Made by a program: the position numbers and the translations under genes
UHGV virus genome: UHGV-0326656
DNA: 41,916 nucleotides
Direction: 5' to 3' (one strand)
Source of the DNA: a virus
Shown: positions 8,296-16,195 of the stretch, in pieces
Layout of the letters: the number at the start of each line of letters is the position of its first letter
Position numbering within the stretch: the first letter of the stretch is position 1
The notes under the pieces: generated by a model
The model's database searches: none
What the model saw: only the letters and a program-made list of their open reading frames with translations
Told to the model about the DNA's origin: nothing

Positions 8296-9170
8296 ACCCC
8301 TACCTCTTCGAATTCCAATTCCAATTGATCACCCCAGATTTCACATGACTCTGAACACGAACCGGTATCGAATCGCCTGGCCTGTACCATCGCCTGATAC
8401 AAATTTCTGTAGTCGCTGTTGGCAGACATTCTGGCAATTCCGTCAAGCGTCAGGTGACCACGGTACATAATGTCTTTACCTGTTCTGCGATGACCATCCC
8501 TGACGTGTTTGCCTGTAACCAGCTCATTAAAAACTCGCATCAGACCTGGTTCGTCTTTACATGCAAGCCCCAGCTTTTGCGTTGACTTTTTGATGCAGAA
8601 AACACAGTTCCCGAGATGCTCCGGGATTTGCAAATCAAAAGGTTGTTTTCGCCACCACCGGATAACATCCGACTTATCAAAATCTGACAGCTCGGCAAGA
8701 TACCGGACGCCCGATTTCGGTTTCAGCCTACGGGGTTCGTCTGCACGAATACCCAGCCATGTGATGTAATTACCTCGCCCGAAATGGTTATCGCAGTATT
8801 TCGTGAAAGGGATGAGTTTTAGCCTGTCAGTACAGAACGCGCCGCCGATGTATGGCGTGCCGTACTTTTTAACCATGTCCATAAACGGTTTAAGCACCGG
8901 CATTCGTGTCTGAATATCCTTTGGCTCCCATTCTGTATAACCATTTGGCTGCCCAAGCTCAGGATTTATATCGACCTGTAACACAGTTAGTGGTATGTCC
9001 CAGAGCTTTACAACCTCCCGGATAAAGCGGTATGTCAGCGGATGTTCGCAACCGGTATCCATAAAGATGTAGCAGACGTTATTGCCAGCCTTTCTTTGTT
9101 CTTCCATCAGGTGAACAAGATATGCGGATGTTCTCCCGCCAGAAAAACTAACTACATGAGTTATGCACAT
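8292..9170 (-). CDS. PAPS reductase-like (PP-loop ATP pyrophosphatase family) phage protein
   Basis: SFSGGRTSAYLVH PP-loop motif near N-terminus; start taken at MCITHVV... (the upstream in-frame extension overlaps the neighbouring gene). Confidence 0.7.
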   Translation of the reverse strand: MCITHVVSFSGGRTSAYLVHLMEEQRKAGNNVCYIFMDTGCEHPLTYRFIREVVKLWDIPLTVLQVDINPELGQPNGYTEWEPKDIQTRMPVLKPFMDMVKKYGTPYIGGAFCTDRLKLIPFTKYCDNHFGRGNYITWLGIRADEPRRLKPKSGVRYLAELSDFDKSDVIRWWRKQPFDLQIPEHLGNCVFCIKKSTQKLGLACKDEPGLMRVFNELVTGKHVRDGHRRTGKDIMYRGHLTLDGIARMSANSDYRNLYQAMVQARRFDTGSCSESCEIWGDQLELEFEEVGV

Positions 9171-9697
9171 TTGCGTAATTCCGATAACTCGTTGAAGCGT
9201 TCCATAAACATCCCGTAGGCATGGCCCGGTGCCAGTGGAATAACTTTGAACATCTCTGTTGCCGGGATACCTTCCAGTACAGGCCATAAAGAGCCATCAT
9301 CAAGCCCGAGATCACGGCGTTCGGTTGCCAGCATAATGAGATCGGCATATTTCACTGGCGTGCTCATAACAGGAGGTAACCCGTATTTCTCACGGATTAC
9401 TGCATCTATTTTTTCTTCCATCCGTTTATAGTCAGGAAGAAGGCGTTTCAGTGGTGCGGGGATGTCCTGGCAATACGCTTCTGTTGCATCATGCATTAAC
9501 GCTTCAAAAGCAAACTCCTGCGGCACCAGCTGGCTGCAAAGCACCGCATGTTGGGCGACACTGTAGAAGTGAGAAAGATGACCGGCAAAGCGACAGATAT
9601 TTGAAAGGGAAACCGCGATATCGTTAATCACGATGTCGTCTTTATTTATCTTGTCATAATAAAAATGCTTCCCGGAAAAAGTTTTAATAAATGACAT
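9161..9697 (-). CDS. HD-domain phosphohydrolase (YfbR/YfdR-like 5'-deoxynucleotidase)
   Basis: 178 aa from MSFIKTF... with GGAG ribosome-binding site 6 nt upstream; HD-type motifs (...FAGHLSHFYSVAQHA..., ...LMHDATEAY...). Confidence 0.6.
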   Translation of the reverse strand: MSFIKTFSGKHFYYDKINKDDIVINDIAVSLSNICRFAGHLSHFYSVAQHAVLCSQLVPQEFAFEALMHDATEAYCQDIPAPLKRLLPDYKRMEEKIDAVIREKYGLPPVMSTPVKYADLIMLATERRDLGLDDGSLWPVLEGIPATEMFKVIPLAPGHAYGMFMERFNELSELRKCA

Positions 9698-9824
9698 TTT
9701 GTTCTCCACGTATATGCGCTGCACCGCGCTGAGTTTGGGTAAAAGGAAGCCCTCACCATCCGGTGATTATTGAGTTAATTACGTTTCCATAAATGCCCCC
9801 GCAGGGGCATTTGCAGTAATGAAA

Positions 9825-10649
9825 TCAGGCGGTGAAAGTACCAATAAAGGTTTCTACTTTGCTGTCTTTGAATTTCTCAACAAGCAGATCACGAAATTCG
9901 TTAGCCATATCTTCCTGCACTGCTTCCAGCTGAATAATGCGCAGAACCAGTACAGGACGATCGCCAGTGATAATGCTGAGGCGTAATTTAAACGGACGTT
10001 CTTTCAGACCTTCAAACGGAACGCATTTAAATTCAAATGCCACTGGCATAATGTCTTTGGTCTTCGCTTCGACAGATTCCATCAGGGAGCGTTTGCCGCT
10101 GAAGTCATTATCTTCAAAATCAGCGGTCTGGTTTGCTTCAATCGTGATTTTACGGATTGCCGCAGCCGCTTTTGTTGCCTGAATGGCGTCACCATTAGCA
10201 TCAAAGCCCACAAGGTAGTCGGCCCAGTCTTCAATCCATTCTGCCAGTGACTTCTGGGAGTTACGCTCGCCGTTAACAGACAACAGAGCAGAGAACGGTG
10301 CTGTCTTTTTCAGTTTGAGTGTGGCGGTGTTATCTGCGTGACCTGGTTCATCAATAGTACCCAGGTTAAGCACACTGACGGCACGCATATTATCAGCATC
10401 GATAAAGCAGCGGGTGCCTTCATCTGCAAGATCTTTAGAATAACGGGTAAAGTCATCGATGCTGGCAGTGGAAAGCGCACCACGGAAACGGAAGCGATTT
10501 AAATTAAATTTTTCCAGATCATGAATGCGGAAATTCTCAGGCAATGCCACAGCATCGGCACCAATCTTACTGATAATTTCATTAACACCCTGAGCAGAAA
10601 TAAGGGCATGGATTTGATTAATTGCGGTTGCGTCTAAGTTCTGAGACAT
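9825..10649 (-). CDS. DUF2303 (YfdQ-like) phage protein
   Basis: 274-aa ORF; length and gene neighbourhood (next to the HD protein) match the CPS-53 yfdQ-yfdR pair as remembered. Confidence 0.55.
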
Positions 10650-10714
10650 AATAAGTCCTCACTATATAAAGATATTCAGTGATGAGATAAATAATCAGTT
10701 AATTAAAAACGATA

Positions 10715-11077
10715 TTAACGACCTGCTGCGCGGAGTTTTCCGTCAGGTTCACCGGCAAGAGTCAGCAACTGTCCCTGGTCTTCCTGCAGAATAGTCAGGC
10801 GACCACCGCGATTGACATACATCGGCGTTTCGGTGGTGTCTTCTTCGGAAATTTTCCCGCGGTTAGTCGGGCGAACATATGAGAGTTTGTGTTTGATTTT
10901 CACTCGGTTCTCATCAAACGGTTCGATTTCCAGGTTGAGCGAGACCTTACCTTTGGTTTTCGTGTTCATCACACCGGAAGCGACTTCACTGAGAACTGCG
11001 CCGATTTTGGTTTCAAATACGCCGCCGTCCAGCTCCCCGATAAATGCCTGCACATCAGTACTGCGTTCGCTAGCCAT
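10715..11077 (-). CDS. hypothetical phage protein, 120 aa
   Basis: Start at MASERSTDVQ... with GAGGAG 7 nt upstream; the 100-codon upstream extension in the ORF track is GC-rich, Arg/Cys-rich and looks non-coding. Confidence 0.6.
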   Translation of the reverse strand: MASERSTDVQAFIGELDGGVFETKIGAVLSEVASGVMNTKTKGKVSLNLEIEPFDENRVKIKHKLSYVRPTNRGKISEEDTTETPMYVNRGGRLTILQEDQGQLLTLAGEPDGKLRAAGR

Positions 11078-11545
11078 TTTGCTGCTCCTCATCATATCGA
11101 CCCTGCAAGGTCGGTTAGTTTCTCCACAAAACAGAGAAGAACACCTGCGGTGGCTGCCGCCCGGATGGATTGGGTTATGAGCCCGTCGTCCGGTGATGCT
11201 CTTCTCTGTTTTGTAAAAAGGACGGTACCAGCCGGAAGCAAGGGTACAAGCTGGTACCGCCAAGACTACACACAGCATAAAGTTGTGGTGCCGGGTGCCT
11301 CCCGGTGCCTGGCGAAGGTTGCACACCAGGCGGGTGGGTATCCACAGAAGGTCGACTGTCAGCCTCAACCTTAACCCGCGTGCGCTGAGCCGCATTCACC
11401 ACAACGCTAAGGATTCTCTCTGGTTGAAAATACTTAGCTGTTATGTGCCTGCTTTTAGCCACATCAGGCGAGGTGGACCTAGTTATTCCCCAACAACAAG
11501 GATTCGGTTAATCTGGTTATCCCCAACAACGCAAAAGGAAAAGAA

Positions 11546-11980
11546 ATGTCCGGTAATATCTATACGCTGTACAAATCCCACTGTGAAAATGTTGGAAAGT
11601 ATCGGGGCATTGAAATCAGTGGGGTAGTGTCATCAGTCGAAATAAGCAAAGTTGAATCAAGGGCAACATTACTTACTCTTCTGGACCTTGTCTTACATGA
11701 GCACCGGAAGAAATTCGGCACTCCCTATAATCAGTTGAATGGGAAAAAGGCTCTGGTTCACCTTATTCTGATGAAGCATCACTGGATGCCAAAACAGATT
11801 AATGAGATGAAATTTGATGAACTTCTTCTTTCAATTCAGGATGAACTCACACTTGATAAAATAAGCGTAACCGCCCAGAAATTTTTAGATTATCGAGACT
11901 GGAGATCACAAATTCATCACTTTGATGATTTTGACGAAAATGAATGGGATCCTAATTTGTCTGCACAATATCTAAAGTAA
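11546..11980 (+). CDS. hypothetical protein, 144 aa, AT-rich moron in the immunity region
   Basis: AAGGA ribosome-binding site; oriented against the leftward early operon; preceded by two TTATYCCCCAACAAC direct repeats. Confidence 0.55.
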   Translation: MSGNIYTLYKSHCENVGKYRGIEISGVVSSVEISKVESRATLLTLLDLVLHEHRKKFGTPYNQLNGKKALVHLILMKHHWMPKQINEMKFDELLLSIQDELTLDKISVTAQKFLDYRDWRSQIHHFDDFDENEWDPNLSAQYLK

Positions 11981-12158
11981 CATCCTGTGATAAAACCGTG
12001 ATTTCCTGATCCAGTTTTTTTAAGGAGTCTATTGTTTCCTGTCGATAAGACAGCACTTCACGAAGCTGGTTTATAGCTGCCAGCTTCTTTGTCATCCACT
12101 CATAAATTTCCTCATCTGTGTAGCCAGGCGCGACGATTTTGGGTTCTGTTTTGTGCAT
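11952..12158 (-). CDS. hypothetical small protein, 68 aa, first gene downstream of the putative pL
   Basis: ATG at 12158 preceded by GAGGAGA at 6-nt spacing; the TTG start in the ORF track lies inside that ribosome-binding site. Confidence 0.55.
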   Translation of the reverse strand: MHKTEPKIVAPGYTDEEIYEWMTKKLAAINQLREVLSYRQETIDSLKKLDQEITVLSQDVTLDIVQTN

Positions 12159-12195
12159 TTCACATCTCCTCAAGTTATCAGTTACTTGTTGATGG

Positions 12196-12236
12196 GGACC
12201 AGATTGTTAAAGAGCTAAGCGTCCTGTAGGGCGCTT
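12196..12236 (-). promoter_or_regulatory. boxA-like element (GCTCTTTAACAA) with adjacent hairpin; candidate nut-like site; same hairpin plus T-run reads as a + strand terminator
   Basis: Minus strand: hairpin AGCGCCC-TACA-GGACGCT, then TAG, then CTCTTTAACAA, which matches the remembered rrn boxA TGCTCTTTAACAA at 12 of 13. Confidence 0.4.
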
Positions 12237-12406
12237 TTTTGTTGCTAACGAATCATCCTGGACTTCATATGCCCCAGGCGGCTACTTCGTGGGCGTCCTG
12301 CCTGTTCGTTTTTGACATTTACTGACTGCTTACGACACATGCACCGTGTTGCAACCAGATTTTGTTGTAATCCTGTAGTTGGTCTGGAACAAAAGATAAA
12401 ATTAAA

Positions 12407-12443
12407 TTGCGAGATATGCAAGTTATATTTGCGAGATATGCAA
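12407..12443. promoter_or_regulatory. oL-like operator pair, two copies of TTGCGAGATATGCAA 22 bp apart
   Basis: Identical 15-mers at 12407-12421 and 12429-12443; same TTGCG-N5-GCAA pattern as 13211-13225 beside cI; reverse complement gives TTGCAT -35-like hexamers for a leftward promoter. Confidence 0.55.
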
Positions 12444-12454
12444 ATTTATAGGTA

Positions 12455-12477
12455 ATAAAAAGCCACCTTTCGGTGGC
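12455..12477 (-). terminator. rho-independent terminator downstream of cI
   Basis: Minus strand GCCACC-GAAA-GGTGGC followed by TTTTTA, about 20 nt after the cI stop. Confidence 0.6.
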
Positions 12478-12497
12478 CGATGGATGGGATATTGAGG

Positions 12498-13190
12498 TTA
12501 ATTATGTCTCTTAAGGGTTTGCGACTGACTGATTAAGACCTTTCCAAAGACCATGAATCGGTGTTCGTTTTCGCTAGTAATTCCCCATTCACGGTAAATC
12601 TGGTTATCAGAAATCACCAGCAGTTTGTCAGGAATCATTTGAAGTCTTTTAACGTATATTTTGTCATCAAAACCAAAGACATATATACCATCACCATCAA
12701 ACTGATTGATGCTGACATCAACGAAGATGAGATCTCCTGGCTCAATGGTTGGACACATACTGTCCCCACGAACGTTGATAACTTTGATGTGATTGGCTGG
12801 TCGTCCGCCGAACATTGATACAGCATTATCAGTTCTGTATTCGATGGCATGAATCACATCAATGACATCACCGCCCTGGATAAGGCCATTTCCCGCACTG
12901 GCACTGATATCCAGCATTTCAATACGGAACACATCCTTCACCTGCGCAACATCCTCATTGTTACTGTTTTTATATACAGTATTACTTTTGTGGGCAGAGG
13001 TAAAGAGATCAGCAATATCAACACCTAAGCTCTTGGCAATATTACTCAGTGTTTGTTCGGTAAATTGTTTTTGCTTACCCGTTTCTAAGCGCGAGATGTT
13101 CGCCGCATCTACTCCTATCGCTTCAGCGAGATCGGCGATTTTCATGTTCTTCGCTTGGCGAAGTTGTCTGACTCGGTTTCCTATGTTCAT
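12498..13190 (-). CDS. cI: CI-type repressor (N-terminal HTH, C-terminal S24 LexA-like peptidase domain)
   Basis: N-terminal HTH (VRQLRQAKNMKIADLAEAIGVDAANISRLETGK) and C-terminal ...INVRGDSMCPTIEPGDLIFVD...KIYVKRL with Ser/Lys dyad; divergent from cro. Confidence 0.9.
   Translation of the reverse strand: MNIGNRVRQLRQAKNMKIADLAEAIGVDAANISRLETGKQKQFTEQTLSNIAKSLGVDIADLFTSAHKSNTVYKNSNNEDVAQVKDVFRIEMLDISASAGNGLIQGGDVIDVIHAIEYRTDNAVSMFGGRPANHIKVINVRGDSMCPTIEPGDLIFVDVSINQFDGDGIYVFGFDDKIYVKRLQMIPDKLLVISDNQIYREWGITSENEHRFMVFGKVLISQSQTLKRHN
12962..12981. promoter_or_regulatory. near-consensus LexA (SOS) box inside the cI coding sequence
   Basis: TACTGTTTTTATATACAGTA = CTGT-N8-ACAG with AT-rich spacer, about 18 of 20 to the consensus TACTGTATATATATACAGTA; falls in the cI interdomain linker. 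Confidence 0.5.
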
Positions 13191-13210
13191 GCGTTTATTA
13201 CATTTCTTTA

Positions 13211-13225
13211 TTGCGTGATAAGCAA
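13211..13225. promoter_or_regulatory. oR-like operator in the cI-cro intergenic region
   Basis: TTGCGTGATAAGCAA differs from the two 12407-12443 copies at two positions; further ATTGCG/CGCAAT repeats follow up to the cro start. Confidence 0.5.
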
Positions 13226-13287
13226 ATCAACTTGCGCAAAATAATTGCGTGAAATAACATGCATAACGCGCAATATTTGGAGGGCGT

Positions 13288-13548
13288 ATGCAATCACCAT
13301 TACGAAATGTGCGTAAGGCGCATGGTTTCACTTTGCAGCATGTTGCTGCGGGTGTTCAAGTCAATCCAGCGACGTTGAGTCGTATTGAGAGGCTGGAGCA
13401 GATTCCATCTATCGAGCTTGCAGAACGTTTAGCCAATTTTTTTAAGGGTGAAGTCAGCGAAATGCAGATTCTTTATCCGGCACGTTTTCAATCTAGCCAA
13501 AACCAGAATGGGTTTAAACCACAGGAACAGGAGGTGAACCGTGGGTAA
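13288..13548 (+). CDS. cro: Cro-like HTH regulator
   Basis: 86 aa, HTH (FTLQHVAAGVQVNPATLSRIER), GGAGG ribosome-binding site, divergent from cI. Confidence 0.8.
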   Translation: MQSPLRNVRKAHGFTLQHVAAGVQVNPATLSRIERLEQIPSIELAERLANFFKGEVSEMQILYPARFQSSQNQNGFKPQEQEVNRG

Positions 13549-14092
13549 GCATCACTGGAAAGTAGAAAAACAGCCTGAGTGGTACGTGAAAGCTGTCAGA
13601 AAAACTATCGCAGCGTTGCCGGGGGGGTACGCTGAAGCTGCTGACTGGCTGGATGTAACAGAGAACGCATTATTTAACCGCCTTCGTGCCGATGGCGATC
13701 AGATTTTCCCGCTGGGATGGGCAATGATTTTGCAACGTGCTGGTGGAACTCACTTCATTGCTGACGCTGTGGCGCAGTCTGCAAATGGCGTCTTTGTGTC
13801 TCTTCCTGATGTCGAGGATGTGGACAACGCCGATATCAACCAACGCCTGCTGGAGGTCATTGAACAGATCGGCAGTTATTCAAAACAGATTCGTTCAGCA
13901 ATTGAAGACGGTGTAGTGGAACCGCATGAGAAGACAGCAATTAACGACGAGCTGTACCTCTCAATTTCGAAGCTGCAGGAGCATGCAGCACTGGTCTACA
14001 AAATTTTTTGCATTTCAGAAAGTAATGACGCCCGCGAGTGTGCAGCTCCGGGCGCCGTGGCGTGTCGTGACTGTGGAGAAACTAACGCATGA
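13541..14092 (+). CDS. phage regulatory protein, CII-like (CP76-type) (tentative)
   Basis: 183 aa, GTG start with AGGAGG ribosome-binding site, in the position of cII; family assignment from memory only. Confidence 0.45.
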   Translation: MGKHHWKVEKQPEWYVKAVRKTIAALPGGYAEAADWLDVTENALFNRLRADGDQIFPLGWAMILQRAGGTHFIADAVAQSANGVFVSLPDVEDVDNADINQRLLEVIEQIGSYSKQIRSAIEDGVVEPHEKTAINDELYLSISKLQEHAALVYKIFCISESNDARECAAPGAVACRDCGETNA

Positions 14093-14447
14093 ACAGTTTA
14101 ACAACACACTACCGTCGCTCGCAACTGATTGCGCTTCCTGTACCGGGTGGAAAAGCGAAGGTGGAGTATTGCTATGCAGTAAATGTACCAGGTGGCAGGG
14201 TAATTGTAACCCACAGCTTTGCAGAGTGGGCTGTGGGTGATTTTAACCGGCAAAAGGAGACAGTCCTTTGCGACAAGTTAACCGCTGGTTCAAAGATCAC
14301 TACGGAGTACCCGTCAGAGTCATTCGTTGGGAGCCGGAAACACAACGGGTTATCTACCTCCGTGAAGGCTATGAGCATGAGTGCTTCAGCCCGCTCGAAC
14401 AGTTTCGTCGTAAATTCAGGGAAATAGAGGTCGGTCATGAGCACTAA
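14089..14447 (+). pseudogene. small phage gene apparently split by a frameshift at an A-run (frame change near 14252-14255)
   Basis: ATG at 14089 with GGAG ribosome-binding site; after about 55 codons the product turns Ser-rich and low-complexity, while the other frame from 14247 encodes protein-like ...[50 protein letters not shown]... ending at 14447. Confidence 0.4.
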
Positions 14448-15378
14448 ATTAACCGGCTATGTATGGGATGGTTGCGCAGCGTCAGGCATGAAATTATCCA
14501 GCGTGGCAATTATGGCCCGCCTGGCTGATTTCAGTAATGACGAAGGTGTGTGCTGGCCATCAATTGAAACCATTGCCCGTCAGATTGGCGCGGGGATGAG
14601 TACCGTCAGGACGGCTATCGCACGGCTGGAAGCAGAAGGCTGGTTAACGCGTAAGGCGCGTCGCCAGGGTAACCGCAATGCGTCGAATGTTTATCAGCTT
14701 AACGTTGCGAAGCTTCAGGCAGCGGCATTTTCTCAACTGTCAGATTCTGACCCGTCAAAATCTGACGCATCAAAATCTGACCCGTCAAAATTTGATGCGT
14801 CGAAATCTGGCAAAAAAGCGGGTTTTCACCCGTCAGAATCTGGCGGGGATCCGTCAGTAAAATCAAAACATGATCCGTCAGATAAAAAACCTTCTCGTCC
14901 GGACGCTTCGCAACCGGACACGCAGACGGATGAACAGGATTTTTTAACTCGCCATCCTGATGCGGTTGTATTCAGCCCTAAAAAGCGCCAGTGGGGAACG
15001 CAGGATGATTTGACCTGCGCACAGTGGCTCTGGAAAAAAATCATCGCCCTGTACGAGCAAGCCGCCGAATGTGACGGCGAGGTGGTTCGTCCCAAAGAAC
15101 CGAACTGGACAGCCTGGGCAAACGAAATTCGCCTAATGTGTGTGCAGGATGGTCGTACTCACAAACAAATCTGCGAGATGTACAGCCGCGTCAGCCGAGA
15201 TCCGTTCTGGTGCCGTAACGTGCTCAGCCCGTCGAAGCTGCGGGAAAAATGGGATGAGCTTTCCCTGCGCTTATCACCGTCCGTCAGCACGTACACCGAA
15301 AAACGCGAAGACCCGTACTTCAAATCCAGTTACGACAACGTGGACTACAGCCAGATCCCGGCAGGATTCAGGGGGTGA
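14437..15378 (+). CDS. replication initiator (lambda O-like, winged-helix N-terminus) with internal iterons
   Basis: N-terminal winged-helix region (LSSVAIMARLADFSNDEGVCWPSIETIARQIGAGMSTVRTAIARLEAEGWL); central SKSD-type peptide repeats encoded by the DNA iterons. Confidence 0.75.
   Translation: MSTKLTGYVWDGCAASGMKLSSVAIMARLADFSNDEGVCWPSIETIARQIGAGMSTVRTAIARLEAEGWLTRKARRQGNRNASNVYQLNVAKLQAAAFSQLSDSDPSKSDASKSDPSKFDASKSGKKAGFHPSESGGDPSVKSKHDPSDKKPSRPDASQPDTQTDEQDFLTRHPDAVVFSPKKRQWGTQDDLTCAQWLWKKIIALYEQAAECDGEVVRPKEPNWTAWANEIRLMCVQDGRTHKQICEMYSRVSRDPFWCRNVLSPSKLREKWDELSLRLSPSVSTYTEKREDPYFKSSYDNVDYSQIPAGFRG
14738..14890. repeat. about eight direct 15-bp iterons (CCGTCAAAATCTGAC-like); candidate phage replication origin
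   Basis: Units at 15-bp period: CCGTCAAAATCTGAC, GCATCAAAATCTGAC, CCGTCAAAATTTGAT, GCGTCGAAATCTGGC, CCGTCAGAATCTGGC, CCGTCAGTAAAATC, CCGTCAGATAAAAAA. Confidence 0.7.
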
Positions 15379-15380
15379 TC

Positions 15381-15869
15381 ATGAGTCTTTTGAATGAAGT
15401 TCAGAAATTCATTGAAGCCCATCCGGGGTGTACTTCCGGAGACATTGCGGATGCTTTTGCAGGTTACTCACGGCAGCGCGTTCTGCAGTCAGCAAGCAAG
15501 TTACGTCAGAGTGGGCGTGTGGCTCACCGTTGTGAAGGAGATACACGCAGACATTTCCCACGCCTGACTGAGAGAGCGCAGAAGCCGGAACCACAACCAG
15601 TTCGTGAAACCAGACCTGTGCGCAATTTCTATGTCGGCACTAACGATCCCCGGGTGATTTTGTGCCTGACCCGCCAGGCGGAAGAACTGGAGTCCAGGGG
15701 CTTATACCGTCGTGCTGCAACGGTGTGGATGGCGGCATTCCGTGAAAGCCACTCCCAGCCAGAACGAAACAATTTTCTGGCGCGTCGTGAGCGGTGCTTA
15801 CGGAAAAGCAGCAAGCGCGCTGTATCGAGTGATGAGTGGTATCTGTCAGGGAATTACGTGGGGGCGTAA
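15381..15869 (+). CDS. PerC-family transcriptional regulator-like protein (tentative)
   Basis: C-terminal ...LESRGLYRRAATVWMAAF...RRERC resembles the PerC motif as remembered; start chosen at ATG with GGGGG 5 nt upstream. Confidence 0.45.
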   Translation: MSLLNEVQKFIEAHPGCTSGDIADAFAGYSRQRVLQSASKLRQSGRVAHRCEGDTRRHFPRLTERAQKPEPQPVRETRPVRNFYVGTNDPRVILCLTRQAEELESRGLYRRAATVWMAAFRESHSQPERNNFLARRERCLRKSSKRAVSSDEWYLSGNYVGA

Positions 15870-16195
15870 TGACGACGTTAACTCAATGCCAGCAGCAGGT
15901 GCTGGATATGCTGATTTCTTACCAGAAAGAGCGTGGCTTTCCGCCAACCAATCAGGAGGTGGCAACCATGCTGGGATACCGTTCAGTGAATGCAGCGGTA
16001 GAGCATCTTCGTGCACTGGAGAAAAAAGGCGTCATCACGATAAAGCGTGGCGTGGCCCGGGGGATAACGCTTCATACCGCGGTGAAGGACGACGACAGCG
16101 AGGCGGTCGGGATTATCCGCGCACTGCTTGCCGGTGAGGAAAACGCCAGGCTGCGTGCAGCCCACTGGTTACATGAGAGAGGCCTGAAAGTATGA
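15869..16195 (+). CDS. LexA DNA-binding-domain-like protein with no peptidase domain
   Basis: MTTLTQCQQQVLDMLISYQKERGFPPTNQEVATMLGYRSVNAAVEHLRALEKKGVITIKRGVARGITL aligns along its length with the LexA N-terminal winged helix; only 108 aa. Confidence 0.65.
   Translation: MTTLTQCQQQVLDMLISYQKERGFPPTNQEVATMLGYRSVNAAVEHLRALEKKGVITIKRGVARGITLHTAVKDDDSEAVGIIRALLAGEENARLRAAHWLHERGLKV

Noticed and set aside
10715-11395. 226-aa ORF in the track extending the 120-aa gene upstream
   Set aside because: The N-terminal 100 codons are GC-rich, Arg/Cys-rich and low-complexity; a strong ribosome-binding site plus ATG at 11077 defines the real start, and the upstream part belongs to the structured non-coding block.
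11100-11420. Retron msr/msd or type III toxin-antitoxin RNA
   Set aside because: No reverse transcriptase or toxin ORF adjacent and no tandem short repeats; the inverted-repeat geometry does not fit a retron.
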